The position numbers and the translations under genes were made by a program. From a virus (taxonomy: Duplodnaviria; Caudoviricetes), in the IMG/VR virus record IMGVR_UViG_3300044612_001981, positions 16,900-80,899 of that record: a DNA stretch of 64,000 bases; one strand, 5' to 3'. Under the pieces are notes generated by a model. The model did no database searches, was not told the DNA's origin, and was given only the letters and a program-made list of their open reading frames with translations. Below, piece after piece: positions 28,263 to 38,897 of this stretch (positions within the stretch are counted from its first letter, which is position 1; the number at the start of each line of letters is the position of its first letter).

Positions 28263-28769
28263 CTAGTCAAATCTGCCCTTTGGGCCAACTGTCCTAGAGT
28301 ATTTAACTTCTATTATTACATCTGCCGCCAAGAATCCTGCTAGCTCTGTAGATGGCTCTGTTGGGGACATCTCTAGTATAAGGGTGTTGTGGAATATGAT
28401 CTTGTCTGTTGATCTTGATTTATTTAGGTCTCTGGCTGAATCGTCCATTCTTCTAAACACATCCATCATCATGTTTCTGATTATATTGATTTCGGCAAAG
28501 TCCACTGAGTATATTGTAAAGGATATCTTCTCACAGCATATAAGCCAATTTTCTTCATAGGTGCTTCCAATCTTGTCATAAACAATATGGGTCTTGCCGC
28601 TTAAGAATTGATTCATTTCTGGAGCCTGCTGAACTGGAATAATTGGAATTATAGATTCGCCAAGATTATCGCTATAGTAAGCATTTTGATCAATTATGTT
28701 ATTTGACAAAAGCTCCTGCCAAAGATGTTTTCTTATCTCGTACATGGCGTCTATTCCATAATTAGTCAT
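28263..28769 (-). CDS. tail terminator-like protein
   Basis: Position before tail tube gene; size and I.P...IVY pattern. Confidence 0.6.
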   Translation of the reverse strand: MTNYGIDAMYEIRKHLWQELLSNNIIDQNAYYSDNLGESIIPIIPVQQAPEMNQFLSGKTHIVYDKIGSTYEENWLICCEKISFTIYSVDFAEINIIRNMMMDVFRRMDDSARDLNKSRSTDKIIFHNTLILEMSPTEPSTELAGFLAADVIIEVKYSRTVGPKGRFD

Positions 28770-29563
28770 TAAAATACTCCTCCGAATTTTTCTGTTAGTG
28801 CCGCCTCAGCCTGTAGTCTAATTGTACCTGGACTAAAGGAATAACGCACCTTGGCAATAGATGAAGGAACTTTCATCGCTCTTTCAAATTTAGCTCCGAA
28901 TAGGTTCTGAAATCCAGACATCTTTATTGAGTTGCTAACCATTGGTCCGCTAAAATATCTACTATATGTTAAATCGAATTGATTTGTTGATGCTCTGCCT
29001 CCAGGGCTCTTTACTGTAACTGACTTACCCTTTGGCATAAAAACCTTTTCTCCATCAATTTCAAAAACTAATCTCTCAGCAGATTTTGGTCTAATTACAA
29101 CTGGCATTCCTTTTTCCATAACAGCTGCTTTTCTTTCAAAAACATATCTACTTGTCTGCTCTCTATTTTTAGATGGGACCGAAGACTTTGAAATCTTAAA
29201 CTCATAGTTAATTCTAAATGATAGCCCAACTCCGTCTAGCTGGTTTAATTTAAAAAGACGAGCAGTTGCTTGCCCTGTCTTATTCCACTCATATACATGA
29301 TGTAATGACTTTGGCTTTGTTCTGGCTTGCGAATCAATAAACAAACCAAAATCTTTTTCTATCTGATTAAATATTGTTGTCTTAAATAGTCTTTGAAATG
29401 CCTTATTAGATTCTAGTCTGGCTGCAACATTAGCCTGATAGTAAAGAAATGCAGATATCTGTGCCACATTGCTATCTTTTAAAACTCCTGCTTGAGATGC
29501 ACCTACCATCAATCTCTCTAGACCAGAAGAAGCTTGAAGTAATGCTACTCCACTAGTCTCCAA
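28769..29563 (-). CDS. neck/tail-completion protein
   Basis: HHVYEW, ME.G..V.IRPK.A..L.F motifs; synteny. Confidence 0.6.
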   Translation of the reverse strand: METSGVALLQASSGLERLMVGASQAGVLKDSNVAQISAFLYYQANVAARLESNKAFQRLFKTTIFNQIEKDFGLFIDSQARTKPKSLHHVYEWNKTGQATARLFKLNQLDGVGLSFRINYEFKISKSSVPSKNREQTSRYVFERKAAVMEKGMPVVIRPKSAERLVFEIDGEKVFMPKGKSVTVKSPGGRASTNQFDLTYSRYFSGPMVSNSIKMSGFQNLFGAKFERAMKVPSSIAKVRYSFSPGTIRLQAEAALTEKFGGVF

Positions 29564-29981
29564 TTAACTGGCTCTCTGATCTTTTAGCAATTGAGTTGTA
29601 AGCCATTAAATTACCAAATGGGTCTGTTATTGGTGTTGAGCTTGTTATTTCAAATACTGTTGGAGTGTCGTTTGGATAGTTTAGCTCTATCCAAATTGGA
29701 TTATTTGAATTGTCTCTAATATTGGTTACCTTTTCTCTGTATGTCAATCTTGTTTCTGTTCTAATCTCAATAGTTTGATTGTCTACATATTTAACAGAGA
29801 TTGCTCTATTGTCCCCGCCTCTGCTTGTAGCAGAGTTTGTTATTATTCCTTTTGCAAAACAAGGTATAGTTCTTTGATATATCCAAGACTTTTTAATTGC
29901 ACCAGTGTTTGGATCCTGATAATCATCTTGAGCATAAACATCTATTTTCATGCTAAGAATAGAGTCTACGAGTCTGTTCAT
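29553..29981 (-). CDS. head-to-tail stopper
   Basis: D..TG...K.W motif; synteny. Confidence 0.6.
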   Translation of the reverse strand: MNRLVDSILSMKIDVYAQDDYQDPNTGAIKKSWIYQRTIPCFAKGIITNSATSRGGDNRAISVKYVDNQTIEIRTETRLTYREKVTNIRDNSNNPIWIELNYPNDTPTVFEITSSTPITDPFGNLMAYNSIAKRSESQLIGD

Positions 29982-30961
29982 TATATCAAAACCATAGTGC
30001 TTAAGACATACTCAGACAGAAGCTGATCAGCGTAATTGTTTCCAGTTCCGCTAAATGTTGCAGTGTCATATTCAAACTGCCAGTCAAATGTCTGTATACT
30101 CTTTAAGTACTTGTTTCTCCAGTCTTTATCTTTAGAAAAGAAATCTTTCATTAACTCTATGGTAGCTAACTCAACTTCGTGTGGTACTTGATCCCAACCA
30201 TATCTTCCTTCAACTCTATAAGCTCCGCCATTTACAAAAGACCCATTATTGTAGTCATTAATACTTGGAGGTACCATTCCGTTTGCTGTGTAAACTACAT
30301 TATCTAATAAGCCAGACTTATTTACTTTTATTCCAAATCCACTAGAAGATATTTCAACTGGGACATTCCAATTATCAATATTGTTTATTCTATCAATAAG
30401 AAGTATGTCGTTTAGATGTATGGAATGTATCTCATTTATTTTGTGGGGCAATGGGAGAATTTCTGATCCAGTTGCGTATATCACATTTACATCATCATAT
30501 AGATAAAACTCTTGTCCCGTGTAGCTTTCAATAAGTTTTCTTGCATATCTTTCTGCTGCTGCTAAATCTACAAATGTTTTGTAGTTAGGATCAGATTGAT
30601 CAAAGCCAAACCCTAAAGCATCTGCAGCATTTGTTAAATCAACATATGGTTTTACAACATCAAGAAGGTGCTCTTTAACTACACTTTCTTCATCTACTTC
30701 ATATTCCCAAACTAGCCTCAATGTCCTTGGTCTATTCGTTAAGGATATTGGAGGGTATACCAAATATACGCCTCTATCTGTTTCTGCCTCTTCGGCAGTT
30801 TGGGTTAGAAGTAAAGTGTTTGGATTTATAGGAGGCTCTATTGATGGATCATTTGTTACATCATAAAATTTAACAGTAGGCAAAGAGTCTGCTTGGGCTA
30901 TCCCGCCCTTCCAAAATACTCTTTGCTTTACTGGTGAGTTTGTTCCTACTATAATTTCCAT
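29981..30961 (-). CDS. head-to-tail adaptor
   Basis: IESYTGQ.F, G.YGW..VP..V..A, TG...AD.LL..Y. Confidence 0.75.
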   Translation of the reverse strand: MEIIVGTNSPVKQRVFWKGGIAQADSLPTVKFYDVTNDPSIEPPINPNTLLLTQTAEEAETDRGVYLVYPPISLTNRPRTLRLVWEYEVDEESVVKEHLLDVVKPYVDLTNAADALGFGFDQSDPNYKTFVDLAAAERYARKLIESYTGQEFYLYDDVNVIYATGSEILPLPHKINEIHSIHLNDILLIDRINNIDNWNVPVEISSSGFGIKVNKSGLLDNVVYTANGMVPPSINDYNNGSFVNGGAYRVEGRYGWDQVPHEVELATIELMKDFFSKDKDWRNKYLKSIQTFDWQFEYDTATFSGTGNNYADQLLSEYVLSTMVLI

Positions 30962-30976
30962 TTGTTGTGTTTAAGC

Positions 30977-31372
30977 TTAGCCGTAATATTCCTGAACTTC
31001 CTTTGGTGTGGCTAAACGAAAACCCTCCTCTTTATCAAAAATTTGTTGAGCTGAATCTTTGTGCATTGCTACAAACGGATGGGTCTGAGTAAATGTATGT
31101 CCCATAATATCATATCTATGGTTTGCTCTTGTCATCATAACTAATACTGTATCCTCTGTGCGCTCTGCCTTTGGATCAAATACTGGTAGGACCTCAACCT
31201 CTTCTTTTGCATCTTCTACATCCTTAAGTGTTTTTTCATATACTGCATATGTAACACCTTCTTCTGCTAGTGCTGCAATTATATCCTGCTTGTTCTTAAG
31301 CCCGTCTGTTTCAACTGCAAACTCTTCTGCAATTGCCTTTAGATCCGCGACCTTTAATGTGTCAAAAGACAT
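30977..31372 (-). CDS. hypothetical protein with Rho-N/HeH-like N-terminus
   Basis: LKVADLKAIA......GLK.KQDII.AL; AGGAG RBS. Confidence 0.65.
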   Translation of the reverse strand: MSFDTLKVADLKAIAEEFAVETDGLKNKQDIIAALAEEGVTYAVYEKTLKDVEDAKEEVEVLPVFDPKAERTEDTVLVMMTRANHRYDIMGHTFTQTHPFVAMHKDSAQQIFDKEEGFRLATPKEVQEYYG

Positions 31373-31423
31373 TTAATACTCCTTTTTCTAGGTAAAACCA
31401 TTATAGCATTGTATAATTAAAAT

Positions 31424-31455
31424 GAAAAGCCCCCAAATTTAATTGGGGGCTTTTC
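31424..31455. terminator. intrinsic terminator after capsid gene
   Basis: GAAAAGCCCCCAA...TTGGGGGCTTTTC. Confidence 0.8.
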
Positions 31456-31471
31456 TGTGATTAATTCCTAA

Positions 31472-32521
31472 TTAGGAAGCAACCTTAACGTTCTTTACAA
31501 CGACCCAAGCGTCTGCCTGCTCGATTTGAACGCCAACACGAGTATACATTGTGTACTCGATTGAGTCCTTACGTGGCCAGAAGAATCGGTAAACAGTTAC
31601 GTCACGCTTAACACCAACAACAACGTTGTTAGGGAATGTTAAGTGAACATCTCCGTGTGATCCTGCAGCCTGTGCGTAATCGCCAGCTTGTGTCTCTGGA
31701 AGAAGTGGAACTTCAACGATTGGAATACCAAATGCGTATGGAGCTACATATCCTGCTGGACCTCCAAGAACTGGAACATCACCACGGATGATGCCTGAAG
31801 CAATGTCCTGTGGAGTAGTGTTCTGAATGTTCTGTGAGTTTGAGTATAGGTAATCCTGGATCAAGTTTGATCCTGCAAGGAAGCGTAGGTCTGTACGACG
31901 TTGCTTGTACTTGCGTGGGAGTGCCTTAAGTGCTGAGTTAAATACAGCACGGGAAAGTCCTGCACCTGCTGCGTCTACGACGTGTGCATTTGCCTTGGCC
32001 TTCTTTACAACACCGTCAAATGCCTTGTAAAGAGCATCTGATGAAAGTGCTGTGTTACCGTTAAGTAGAACGTCTTCAATATCGTTACCAGCCTGAGTTG
32101 CCATCATACGTGCGATGTGGTCTTCTAGATCTGGACCTTCGATATTGTCTTCTAGTGACTCTGTTGAGAGCTCCCAGTCAAGACGTAGCTTCTTTGTTGT
32201 GAGAGAGATCTTTGAGAATGTGACTGCTGCGTTTGTACCAGTGTTGTCACCTTCTGAAGCGAGCTTCATAAGCTTCTCGCCTACTCCGATTCTGTCAATT
32301 TCTGTTGTGTCAGACTTCATTCTGACTGTACGTGCGACTTTTCCAATTACGGTTGCGTCGAACATATAGTCTAGGAAACGAGCTGACTGCTCTGGGTTGA
32401 GAAGACCACCATTGCCATTTTCAGACGCAGTGTGAATTCCATCTCCACCAGTTGTTGATGCGAAAGTACCTGTAGCTGTTGTACCAGCTGCGATTGCTTT
32501 CTCTAATGTTTCATTACTCAT
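31472..32521 (-). CDS. major capsid protein (HK97 fold)
   Basis: GGLL.PEQ, E.LEDNIE, D.EDV..NG, after protease; followed by terminator. Confidence 0.9.
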   Translation of the reverse strand: MSNETLEKAIAAGTTATGTFASTTGGDGIHTASENGNGGLLNPEQSARFLDYMFDATVIGKVARTVRMKSDTTEIDRIGVGEKLMKLASEGDNTGTNAAVTFSKISLTTKKLRLDWELSTESLEDNIEGPDLEDHIARMMATQAGNDIEDVLLNGNTALSSDALYKAFDGVVKKAKANAHVVDAAGAGLSRAVFNSALKALPRKYKQRRTDLRFLAGSNLIQDYLYSNSQNIQNTTPQDIASGIIRGDVPVLGGPAGYVAPYAFGIPIVEVPLLPETQAGDYAQAAGSHGDVHLTFPNNVVVGVKRDVTVYRFFWPRKDSIEYTMYTRVGVQIEQADAWVVVKNVKVAS

Positions 32522-32536
32522 ATTATTTCACCTACC

Positions 32537-33901
32537 CTAGTTAAATATTTCGTTTACGGAACCGAGGAAAGAACCGTTCCATTTTGATTTGTTTGTTGCT
32601 ACTACCGCAGACCCGCCGAGGTCTGAGGACTTCTTGATTGCTGTATCGCCTTCTACGGCATCTACACGCTTTTGAACACCATCAATGGTGCCCTTTATTT
32701 CTGTTACAGCTGCACTAAGTGCGCTGTGCTTTTCTGCTAATTCTGTAATTTGAGCATTTAAACCCTTGCTAAAAGTCTCTACAGTTTCTTTGATTTCAGA
32801 AACCTGTAATGCATTTGCCTCTGTAGCCTTGCTAAGAGTATCTGCAAAGAATCCCTTTAGGTCTACTAACATTTTTGCAAAATCAGGCTCTTGTACTTCA
32901 ACTGCAGCTGACGCATCTGCGTCTACTGACTTAAAGACATCTACAGAAGCAGAGTCTGCATCTTCTGCTTTAGCAGCTGGTGCATCTTCGACGGCCTCGA
33001 CGTTAGTCTCAACCATGGTCTCTTCAACGATTGCTTCGACAGCTGGTGCTTCTGCAACTGGTGTTGCTTCTACAACTGCTGAATTTTCAGCTTTTACGTT
33101 TAGTTTTTCCACTTCATTACCTCCTTGTACGTTTGCCTGTTTTGCGATTGTTTGTGTTGCAGGCAACGGAACTCTTGACTTCTTAAATGAAGCAAGAACT
33201 TTATCTATCTCTTTTGATTTGTTTATGTCTGAGCTTTCAACCCATCCAATTAGCGTAGCCTCTTTACCAGTAACTGGAGATGAGTATGTCTTGTCTGTAG
33301 AGATGAAAACAGAGTCGCTATCTTCGCAATAAAAAATATTTTCTGTGACAACATCTGCTGCCATTCCTTTAAAAATAAGTTGACCATTCATTTTTTCTAT
33401 TGAAATAATGTTACACATTTCATTTGCTGGTGAGTCTACAATTGAAAGTTCTACTAAGTCGTAATCTTTAATAAATCGTACAGACTCTCCTGTTGCTTTA
33501 TTTATTTCGTTGTCTGAGTCTTTAATTTTCCCGCCAATTGAAAATCCAGAAAGTGTTCCGTCAAGAACTTTTTCCCATGTATCTTGTGCGCCTTTTGAGA
33601 TGTATGAAGTTACATAAACTCCGTTGTAAAATTCTTTTGATTTTTGATCGTAGTAAGTCTCTGGCTTAAATGAAACTACTTTGCCAACTGCAAGTGGCTG
33701 ATGCATCTCTCTAAGATTTCCTCTAAATGCTTCAAATGCCTTTAGGCTTGCTTCTGCTGTTACGACGTCACCAGTTTGATCTACATTATCTAGAGTTGCA
33801 AATCCAGACACGGTTCTATTCTCCCTGTTTACTTTTGTAAAAGGAACAGATAAATGAAGGTTTTGGCCGTCAGAAGACCACTGACTTTTTTCTATGTTCA
33901 T
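32537..33901 (-). CDS. prohead protease fused to scaffold
   Basis: EMH, GFSIGG, ELSIVD.PAN; Ala/Glu-rich linker and coiled coil. Confidence 0.9.
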   Translation of the reverse strand: MNIEKSQWSSDGQNLHLSVPFTKVNRENRTVSGFATLDNVDQTGDVVTAEASLKAFEAFRGNLREMHQPLAVGKVVSFKPETYYDQKSKEFYNGVYVTSYISKGAQDTWEKVLDGTLSGFSIGGKIKDSDNEINKATGESVRFIKDYDLVELSIVDSPANEMCNIISIEKMNGQLIFKGMAADVVTENIFYCEDSDSVFISTDKTYSSPVTGKEATLIGWVESSDINKSKEIDKVLASFKKSRVPLPATQTIAKQANVQGGNEVEKLNVKAENSAVVEATPVAEAPAVEAIVEETMVETNVEAVEDAPAAKAEDADSASVDVFKSVDADASAAVEVQEPDFAKMLVDLKGFFADTLSKATEANALQVSEIKETVETFSKGLNAQITELAEKHSALSAAVTEIKGTIDGVQKRVDAVEGDTAIKKSSDLGGSAVVATNKSKWNGSFLGSVNEIFN

Positions 33902-33908
33902 ATGCTTA

Positions 33909-33937
33909 ATTTTATACTTATCTATCTAAAAAGGCAA
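33909..33937 (-). promoter_or_regulatory. promoter TTGCCT-17-TAAAAT upstream of protease/capsid
   Basis: Same hexamers and spacing as at 28233-28261. Confidence 0.6.
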
Positions 33938-33954
33938 ATCGTAGTTGATTGGAT

Positions 33955-35538
33955 TTAGTCAACTCTGCTTCCGTCGCCTTTTGCATTTCTTCCTTCTCCG
34001 ACTTTATCGGAAGAGGCGGCGGATCTTTCTGAATCCCTGGCTCTAGTTTTCCCAGCGGTTGCTTTTTGATCGGCTGCCTGTTGTGGCTTTAATTCAACCA
34101 TCTCGTCTCCGCCTTCGACTGGAATCATACCTTTTCTAATTCTAACTTCATTAGGGGTAATTACCTGCATTCTAAGATATCTTTCATCTATTTGAGATTG
34201 TGTGTCTTCATCAGTTAATGTGAGCTCTTCGAATTTAATTTTTAGGGCGTCAGTCTTTTCTTCAATTATTGCATTAATTCTTTTTTCTAGTCTCATTTGT
34301 GCTGGACGGCAAACCTGCTCTTTAAATGTTTTGTCTGCGTCTCTTGCAACCGCTAAATTAACTCCTTCTGGAGTTCCAATTTTATTAATTGGCACACGGT
34401 GAGCCAATAGTATTTCATCTCTATTAGATTGTCGATAAATATTAAATGATGATTCTTGAGCTCCAGCCTCAACTGGCTCCATTTTAAATTCAACCTTGTT
34501 GTCTGGAGTATCCGCTGGAAGTGGTATATAAAGTGATCTATGGTTTTTGCCCTTTAGTCCAACCTGGAAAAATTCTAGCAACTTTCTTTCTGACTCTGGG
34601 GAAAGCTTTGCTCCCTTTACAGTGATTATATATCTTGGTACCGCTTTGTTTTCAAAGTAATCAAGGTTATATCTTCCAGCAAACTCGTTACCAGCTAATG
34701 ACATTTGTGCTGCAACTATGTCTGGGATTCCATAATAGTTATTCATTGGGGTATATTTTTTTAAGTGAATAATTTCATTTGGTCTGTCTTCAACATCACC
34801 AATTGGATTAGGAGTTTCTAGATCACCAAAGTTTCTAAAGAATACAGCCTTGCCGTAAAGCAACTGCATGAAACCATCACGAAGTCTTCTTACTCTCATT
34901 GTCTTTGCTGGGATATGTCCTATATAACCTATATCTCCTGCTGTTGTTCTACCAATTTCAATATAGCCGTTTCCTGTAGCTTCTAAATCAGTATAAACTT
35001 TTATTAATGTTTCAGTAAATGTATCTTCATCGTTAGTGGTATCAAGCCACTCTTGAAGGTCCTGCTTTAGTTTATTGAGCTTTCTTCTGGCTCTATCTAA
35101 TTGCTTAGTGTCCGTTATCGCATCTATAGCGTCATTAGTTTTTCTTGTCTCAGTGAATGAATAGCCTAGACCAACAATGTTTGCAACCTTTGCATTTATT
35201 GCAGCGTAGTTGTATGTTGAAACTTCATAGATTTGAGATAGATATTCTAGATTGTATACTGGCTGAACAAGGTCAAACATTGCATAGCCAGTTACTGCCT
35301 GCTGTAATAAATTCTGCTGTGTTGCCGCCCCATCTTTTCCAGTAAATGATTTTGCAAAATCTCTGTTTACTTTTCTTTTAAAATTGGTGCCGAGCCCTCT
35401 TACTTTTTTAAGTTCATCTATTCCAATTGCAAACGGGTCAACATGCTCTTTTTCTTTTTTAAAGGAAAAAAGATCTGAGCTGTTTTTTACAGAAACTTCG
35501 TATGTGTCTTCTGGACCGTCTTCTAAGAATTGTGTCAT
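33955..35538 (-). CDS. portal protein
   Basis: GNGYIE, EIIH, YYGIP, YF.N.AVP, HRVP, TPNEVR. Confidence 0.92.
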   Translation of the reverse strand: MTQFLEDGPEDTYEVSVKNSSDLFSFKKEKEHVDPFAIGIDELKKVRGLGTNFKRKVNRDFAKSFTGKDGAATQQNLLQQAVTGYAMFDLVQPVYNLEYLSQIYEVSTYNYAAINAKVANIVGLGYSFTETRKTNDAIDAITDTKQLDRARRKLNKLKQDLQEWLDTTNDEDTFTETLIKVYTDLEATGNGYIEIGRTTAGDIGYIGHIPAKTMRVRRLRDGFMQLLYGKAVFFRNFGDLETPNPIGDVEDRPNEIIHLKKYTPMNNYYGIPDIVAAQMSLAGNEFAGRYNLDYFENKAVPRYIITVKGAKLSPESERKLLEFFQVGLKGKNHRSLYIPLPADTPDNKVEFKMEPVEAGAQESSFNIYRQSNRDEILLAHRVPINKIGTPEGVNLAVARDADKTFKEQVCRPAQMRLEKRINAIIEEKTDALKIKFEELTLTDEDTQSQIDERYLRMQVITPNEVRIRKGMIPVEGGDEMVELKPQQAADQKATAGKTRARDSERSAASSDKVGEGRNAKGDGSRVD

Positions 35539-35873
35539 GTTACTGATCCTCCTCGCAATACTGAATCTTTGTATTCGCCTATGTCAAGCGGGTCTGGTGT
35601 AAGTCCCCACTTAAGTCTTTGGTTTTGATATTCAAACTCTTCATCATCAATTTTTCTTCTTCCAGACAAAAACTTAGGCTGTCCCTCATAAATTCCATAG
35701 TGTCTTACTGCATCCGCCAGCAAAGCCATGCGGGCACGATTTCCTTTTTTAGAAGTTATTGAAAGAAAGTTTCCATCGTCGTCACCAATCCAGCGTCCGT
35801 CTGGCATTTCCCATACGTATATTCCGAGAGTGGTTTCCTCGATTACTTGGCTTTTTTGGTTTAAGATGTCCAT
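35535..35873 (-). CDS. hypothetical protein
   Basis: ATGA overlap with portal start; own -10 box. Confidence 0.7.
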   Translation of the reverse strand: MDILNQKSQVIEETTLGIYVWEMPDGRWIGDDDGNFLSITSKKGNRARMALLADAVRHYGIYEGQPKFLSGRRKIDDEEFEYQNQRLKWGLTPDPLDIGEYKDSVLRGGSVT

Positions 35874-35955
35874 ATGTTAAACAGTTTATCATTATTCCTA
35901 GCAAAAGTCCAGCCTGTGTGCCATGGCAATGCACTTTTTTTAATAATTATGCAGG

Positions 35956-37761
35956 CTATTCGCCAAATGACCTTACGAAATAGGAGGTTCCGTCAAGACC
36001 CTGACTGCTTTCAGATACAGTTAGCCCTGGATCAACCACAATCTTTGAGTTATCCGAGCAATACAGTCTATAATTATTGGCTGCCTCTGTAGGGGTAAAT
36101 GCCTTTTCATAAAAAGCTATATTATTGTATAAGTTTGAAGTTCCATACTCTGTGTCTAATTGATTTTGATTAAACTTAATATTTAAAGCAGGCTGGCTCA
36201 ACACTATTAGTATGTGGTGTGATACGTCGTTTAGAAAAAATGTAGATGTGTTTGCCTCAGATGTCCTATCTATACCATTTACATATATGGCAGAAATTCC
36301 AGCTTTTGTTATTGCTCCATTTGCCCCCCACTTAATTGATGAAGACGCTGAAGAGAATAATACATTCTGCCCCGCCCGTGGTGTAAAGAACATCTCTATT
36401 GTACGTGGCTCAATAGAAAGGTCTACCGAGAATCCATGTCCAGAATACATAGATATACCATTATATTTATTTTGCATTCTTACTGGATAATTATATTGAC
36501 CTAGAGCGTAGTCGTATTCCGAATATATCTTTGAGCCAGAGTTATCTGAATAGAAATCTTTATTGGAATACATATCAATTTCTAGCTTATTAAAATACGG
36601 AAGATCAAAGGATGCGTCATCTGTGGTCATAGTCACTCTTATATCAAATATCGGGCTCTCTGAGTTTTGGTTTTTGTTATAATAAGGCATAGGTGAATTA
36701 TTCTTGCATATTTCCCATGGCTGATCTGGTATCTTTATTTCAACTAAAACATTGTCTACGTCTTGACCATAGGAAAGTCTAGAAGAAACAATATCTTCAG
36801 GGTTTGAAATATATAGCCTATCTTCAAATACAAAAGACTTTGGTTCTGCGATATCTGTTTTTTCAAACTCAATCCTATTGTAAACAGAATTATAATATCC
36901 GTCTCCAGAAGCAATTTCTTCTAAGCTTTTTATTCCAGGATATGTGTATGAAATGTCTGGTCTTATTGATGTTGAATTTAATGAGAAAAATATTCCATTG
37001 TTTGAATAAACAATTTGTGAATACTTAGTTTCTTTATACCCAGACACATAGTGATTTAATATTTTTTGTTCAGTTAGCTCGTAAGCATAAATTGCTGCTG
37101 AATCAACAATAAACTTTTTTCCTACATTAGCTGGGCCTAAAGATAAATTTAAACTTGTATTAGTAAATTTAAAGCCACTGTTAACTGGGCTTTCAGAAGC
37201 TATTTTGCCATTTACATACAAAGATATTTTATCCTTGGAAAATATTCCAACGACATGCATGGCCTCATTTTTTTTGACTTTGTGCCAAACAAATTGTGTA
37301 GCGCTGCATTTAAAAATAATGTTTTCATTTTTATAGAATAGGCCAATTGAGTTCTCTGAATCTCCCATAATAAGATATTCTTCGTTGTCATCTTTGTCTG
37401 GACTAAACCATATTTCGAATGCAAATGCGCCGTCTGGATTTCTATTCATTCCAAGACCCAGTGCTTTTAGGCTTATTTGAGCATTTTCATTTATCTCAGT
37501 TCCTCTAATTCCCGCCCCAATAATAGGAAGTACTTCCATGCTTGAAGTATTAATTGCATACCCTTCCATGGAGTTTCCAGTGTAATCAATTATTGGCAAC
37601 CCGCTAACGGCAGCATATGAAACTCCGTTATCTCTTAGGTCTGCGTATGTTGAATATAGTGTAGTTAGATTGCTGTATACTCCAGCCTCACCAGAACGAA
37701 CTTCATCCAATAAGAAAAATGCAACTGGATTATCTTTTAAGACAGTGTATTTATATGACAT
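35956..37761 (-). CDS. virion protein with LamG/ConA-like domain
   Basis: Y...VL.DNPV.F..LDE; F..E.W, H.V......LYVNG, D..AIY...L....I..HY. Confidence 0.75.
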   Translation of the reverse strand: MSYKYTVLKDNPVAFFLLDEVRSGEAGVYSNLTTLYSTYADLRDNGVSYAAVSGLPIIDYTGNSMEGYAINTSSMEVLPIIGAGIRGTEINENAQISLKALGLGMNRNPDGAFAFEIWFSPDKDDNEEYLIMGDSENSIGLFYKNENIIFKCSATQFVWHKVKKNEAMHVVGIFSKDKISLYVNGKIASESPVNSGFKFTNTSLNLSLGPANVGKKFIVDSAAIYAYELTEQKILNHYVSGYKETKYSQIVYSNNGIFFSLNSTSIRPDISYTYPGIKSLEEIASGDGYYNSVYNRIEFEKTDIAEPKSFVFEDRLYISNPEDIVSSRLSYGQDVDNVLVEIKIPDQPWEICKNNSPMPYYNKNQNSESPIFDIRVTMTTDDASFDLPYFNKLEIDMYSNKDFYSDNSGSKIYSEYDYALGQYNYPVRMQNKYNGISMYSGHGFSVDLSIEPRTIEMFFTPRAGQNVLFSSASSSIKWGANGAITKAGISAIYVNGIDRTSEANTSTFFLNDVSHHILIVLSQPALNIKFNQNQLDTEYGTSNLYNNIAFYEKAFTPTEAANNYRLYCSDNSKIVVDPGLTVSESSQGLDGTSYFVRSFGE

Positions 37762-37764
37762 GTC

Positions 37765-38877
37765 TTAATTCTCTTCTAAGGCTTTAACTCTCGCTGTAAG
37801 CTCTTGAACTGCTTTTATTAAGGGTGAAATAAATTGATCGTATCTTAATCCCTGCATTGAGTCTTCTTGAGACATGTCTATTTTTACCCATCCCGCAAAG
37901 TCTTCTACTCCAGACTGATCTAAAACCTCTTTAACTTCTTGTGCTATTAATCCGTAATGAGTTCTTGTTCCAGGAACTGAAACTATGTCTCCGTCAACTA
38001 CTTCTTTACTGCCTTCAATAAACTTATAGCTTACTGGACGTAAAGAATTAACAAAATCTAAACCAAGAAGTGAGTCGGCAACTCCTGTTTTTAATCTTTC
38101 ATCAGAAGTATTTATTGTTCCAGTGTTAGAGTATATAGTTTTCCAAAATCTATTTGATGCTACACCAGCACCCGCATCTATTGGCTGTCCTATTGAGTAC
38201 AAGTTATTTGCAAGTGGGTACCAGTTTGAGTTTACTCCATATCCAGACGTTGTTGGAATATTTAATGAAATAGTTGTAGGTACTGGATCAATAGTTGCAC
38301 TAGATCCAGGGATTCCTTGTGGGCCTTGTGCTCCAGTTAATCCAGTTGCGCCTCTAGGTATTGTAAAAGCAAATACAGCATTCGTAGCGGTTCCAGTATT
38401 TGTGACAGAAGCATTTGTTCCAGCTGCACCAGTTGTTGTTGTTCCAATTGCTAGTGTAGTTGGCCCTGGTATTCCTTGTGGTCCTGCTGGGCCAACAGGC
38501 CCTTGTGGTAAAACAAGATTTAAAGTTTGTGAGGGACTTGTGCCAGATATAGTTGCAGCTGCATTTACACCAGACTCAACAGTTCCTATTGAAAGAACAT
38601 TAGATGGTCCTGGGCCTCCAATTATTCCATCCACACCTCTAGGTAATGTTAAATTTAATATTGCTGCTTCTGGTGTTCCTACATTTACTACTGACGCTGG
38701 AGTTGATGCGCTAACAGTTGTTACAGAGCCTATCGTTAAAGTACCTGAAGGCCCTTGTGGGCCAGGATGGTCGTCAAGATAGGCATCTACGTCGGCAGCA
38801 AGGTAACCAAGGTCTCTAGGGACGTCTGGCGTGTCTGTATACTGCGGGTATCTAAACCCTTTTCCTGTTGTGCTCAT
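37765..38877 (-). CDS. collagen-like fibre with C-terminal intramolecular chaperone
   Basis: Gly-X-Y runs (GPVGPAGPQGIPGP) alternating with L.IG.V...A.V.N.GT modules; TSDERLK...GLIAQEV. Confidence 0.85.
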   Translation of the reverse strand: MSTTGKGFRYPQYTDTPDVPRDLGYLAADVDAYLDDHPGPQGPSGTLTIGSVTTVSASTPASVVNVGTPEAAILNLTLPRGVDGIIGGPGPSNVLSIGTVESGVNAAATISGTSPSQTLNLVLPQGPVGPAGPQGIPGPTTLAIGTTTTGAAGTNASVTNTGTATNAVFAFTIPRGATGLTGAQGPQGIPGSSATIDPVPTTISLNIPTTSGYGVNSNWYPLANNLYSIGQPIDAGAGVASNRFWKTIYSNTGTINTSDERLKTGVADSLLGLDFVNSLRPVSYKFIEGSKEVVDGDIVSVPGTRTHYGLIAQEVKEVLDQSGVEDFAGWVKIDMSQEDSMQGLRYDQFISPLIKAVQELTARVKALEEN

Positions 38878-38897
38878 TTTTTTATTATACCACCTAT

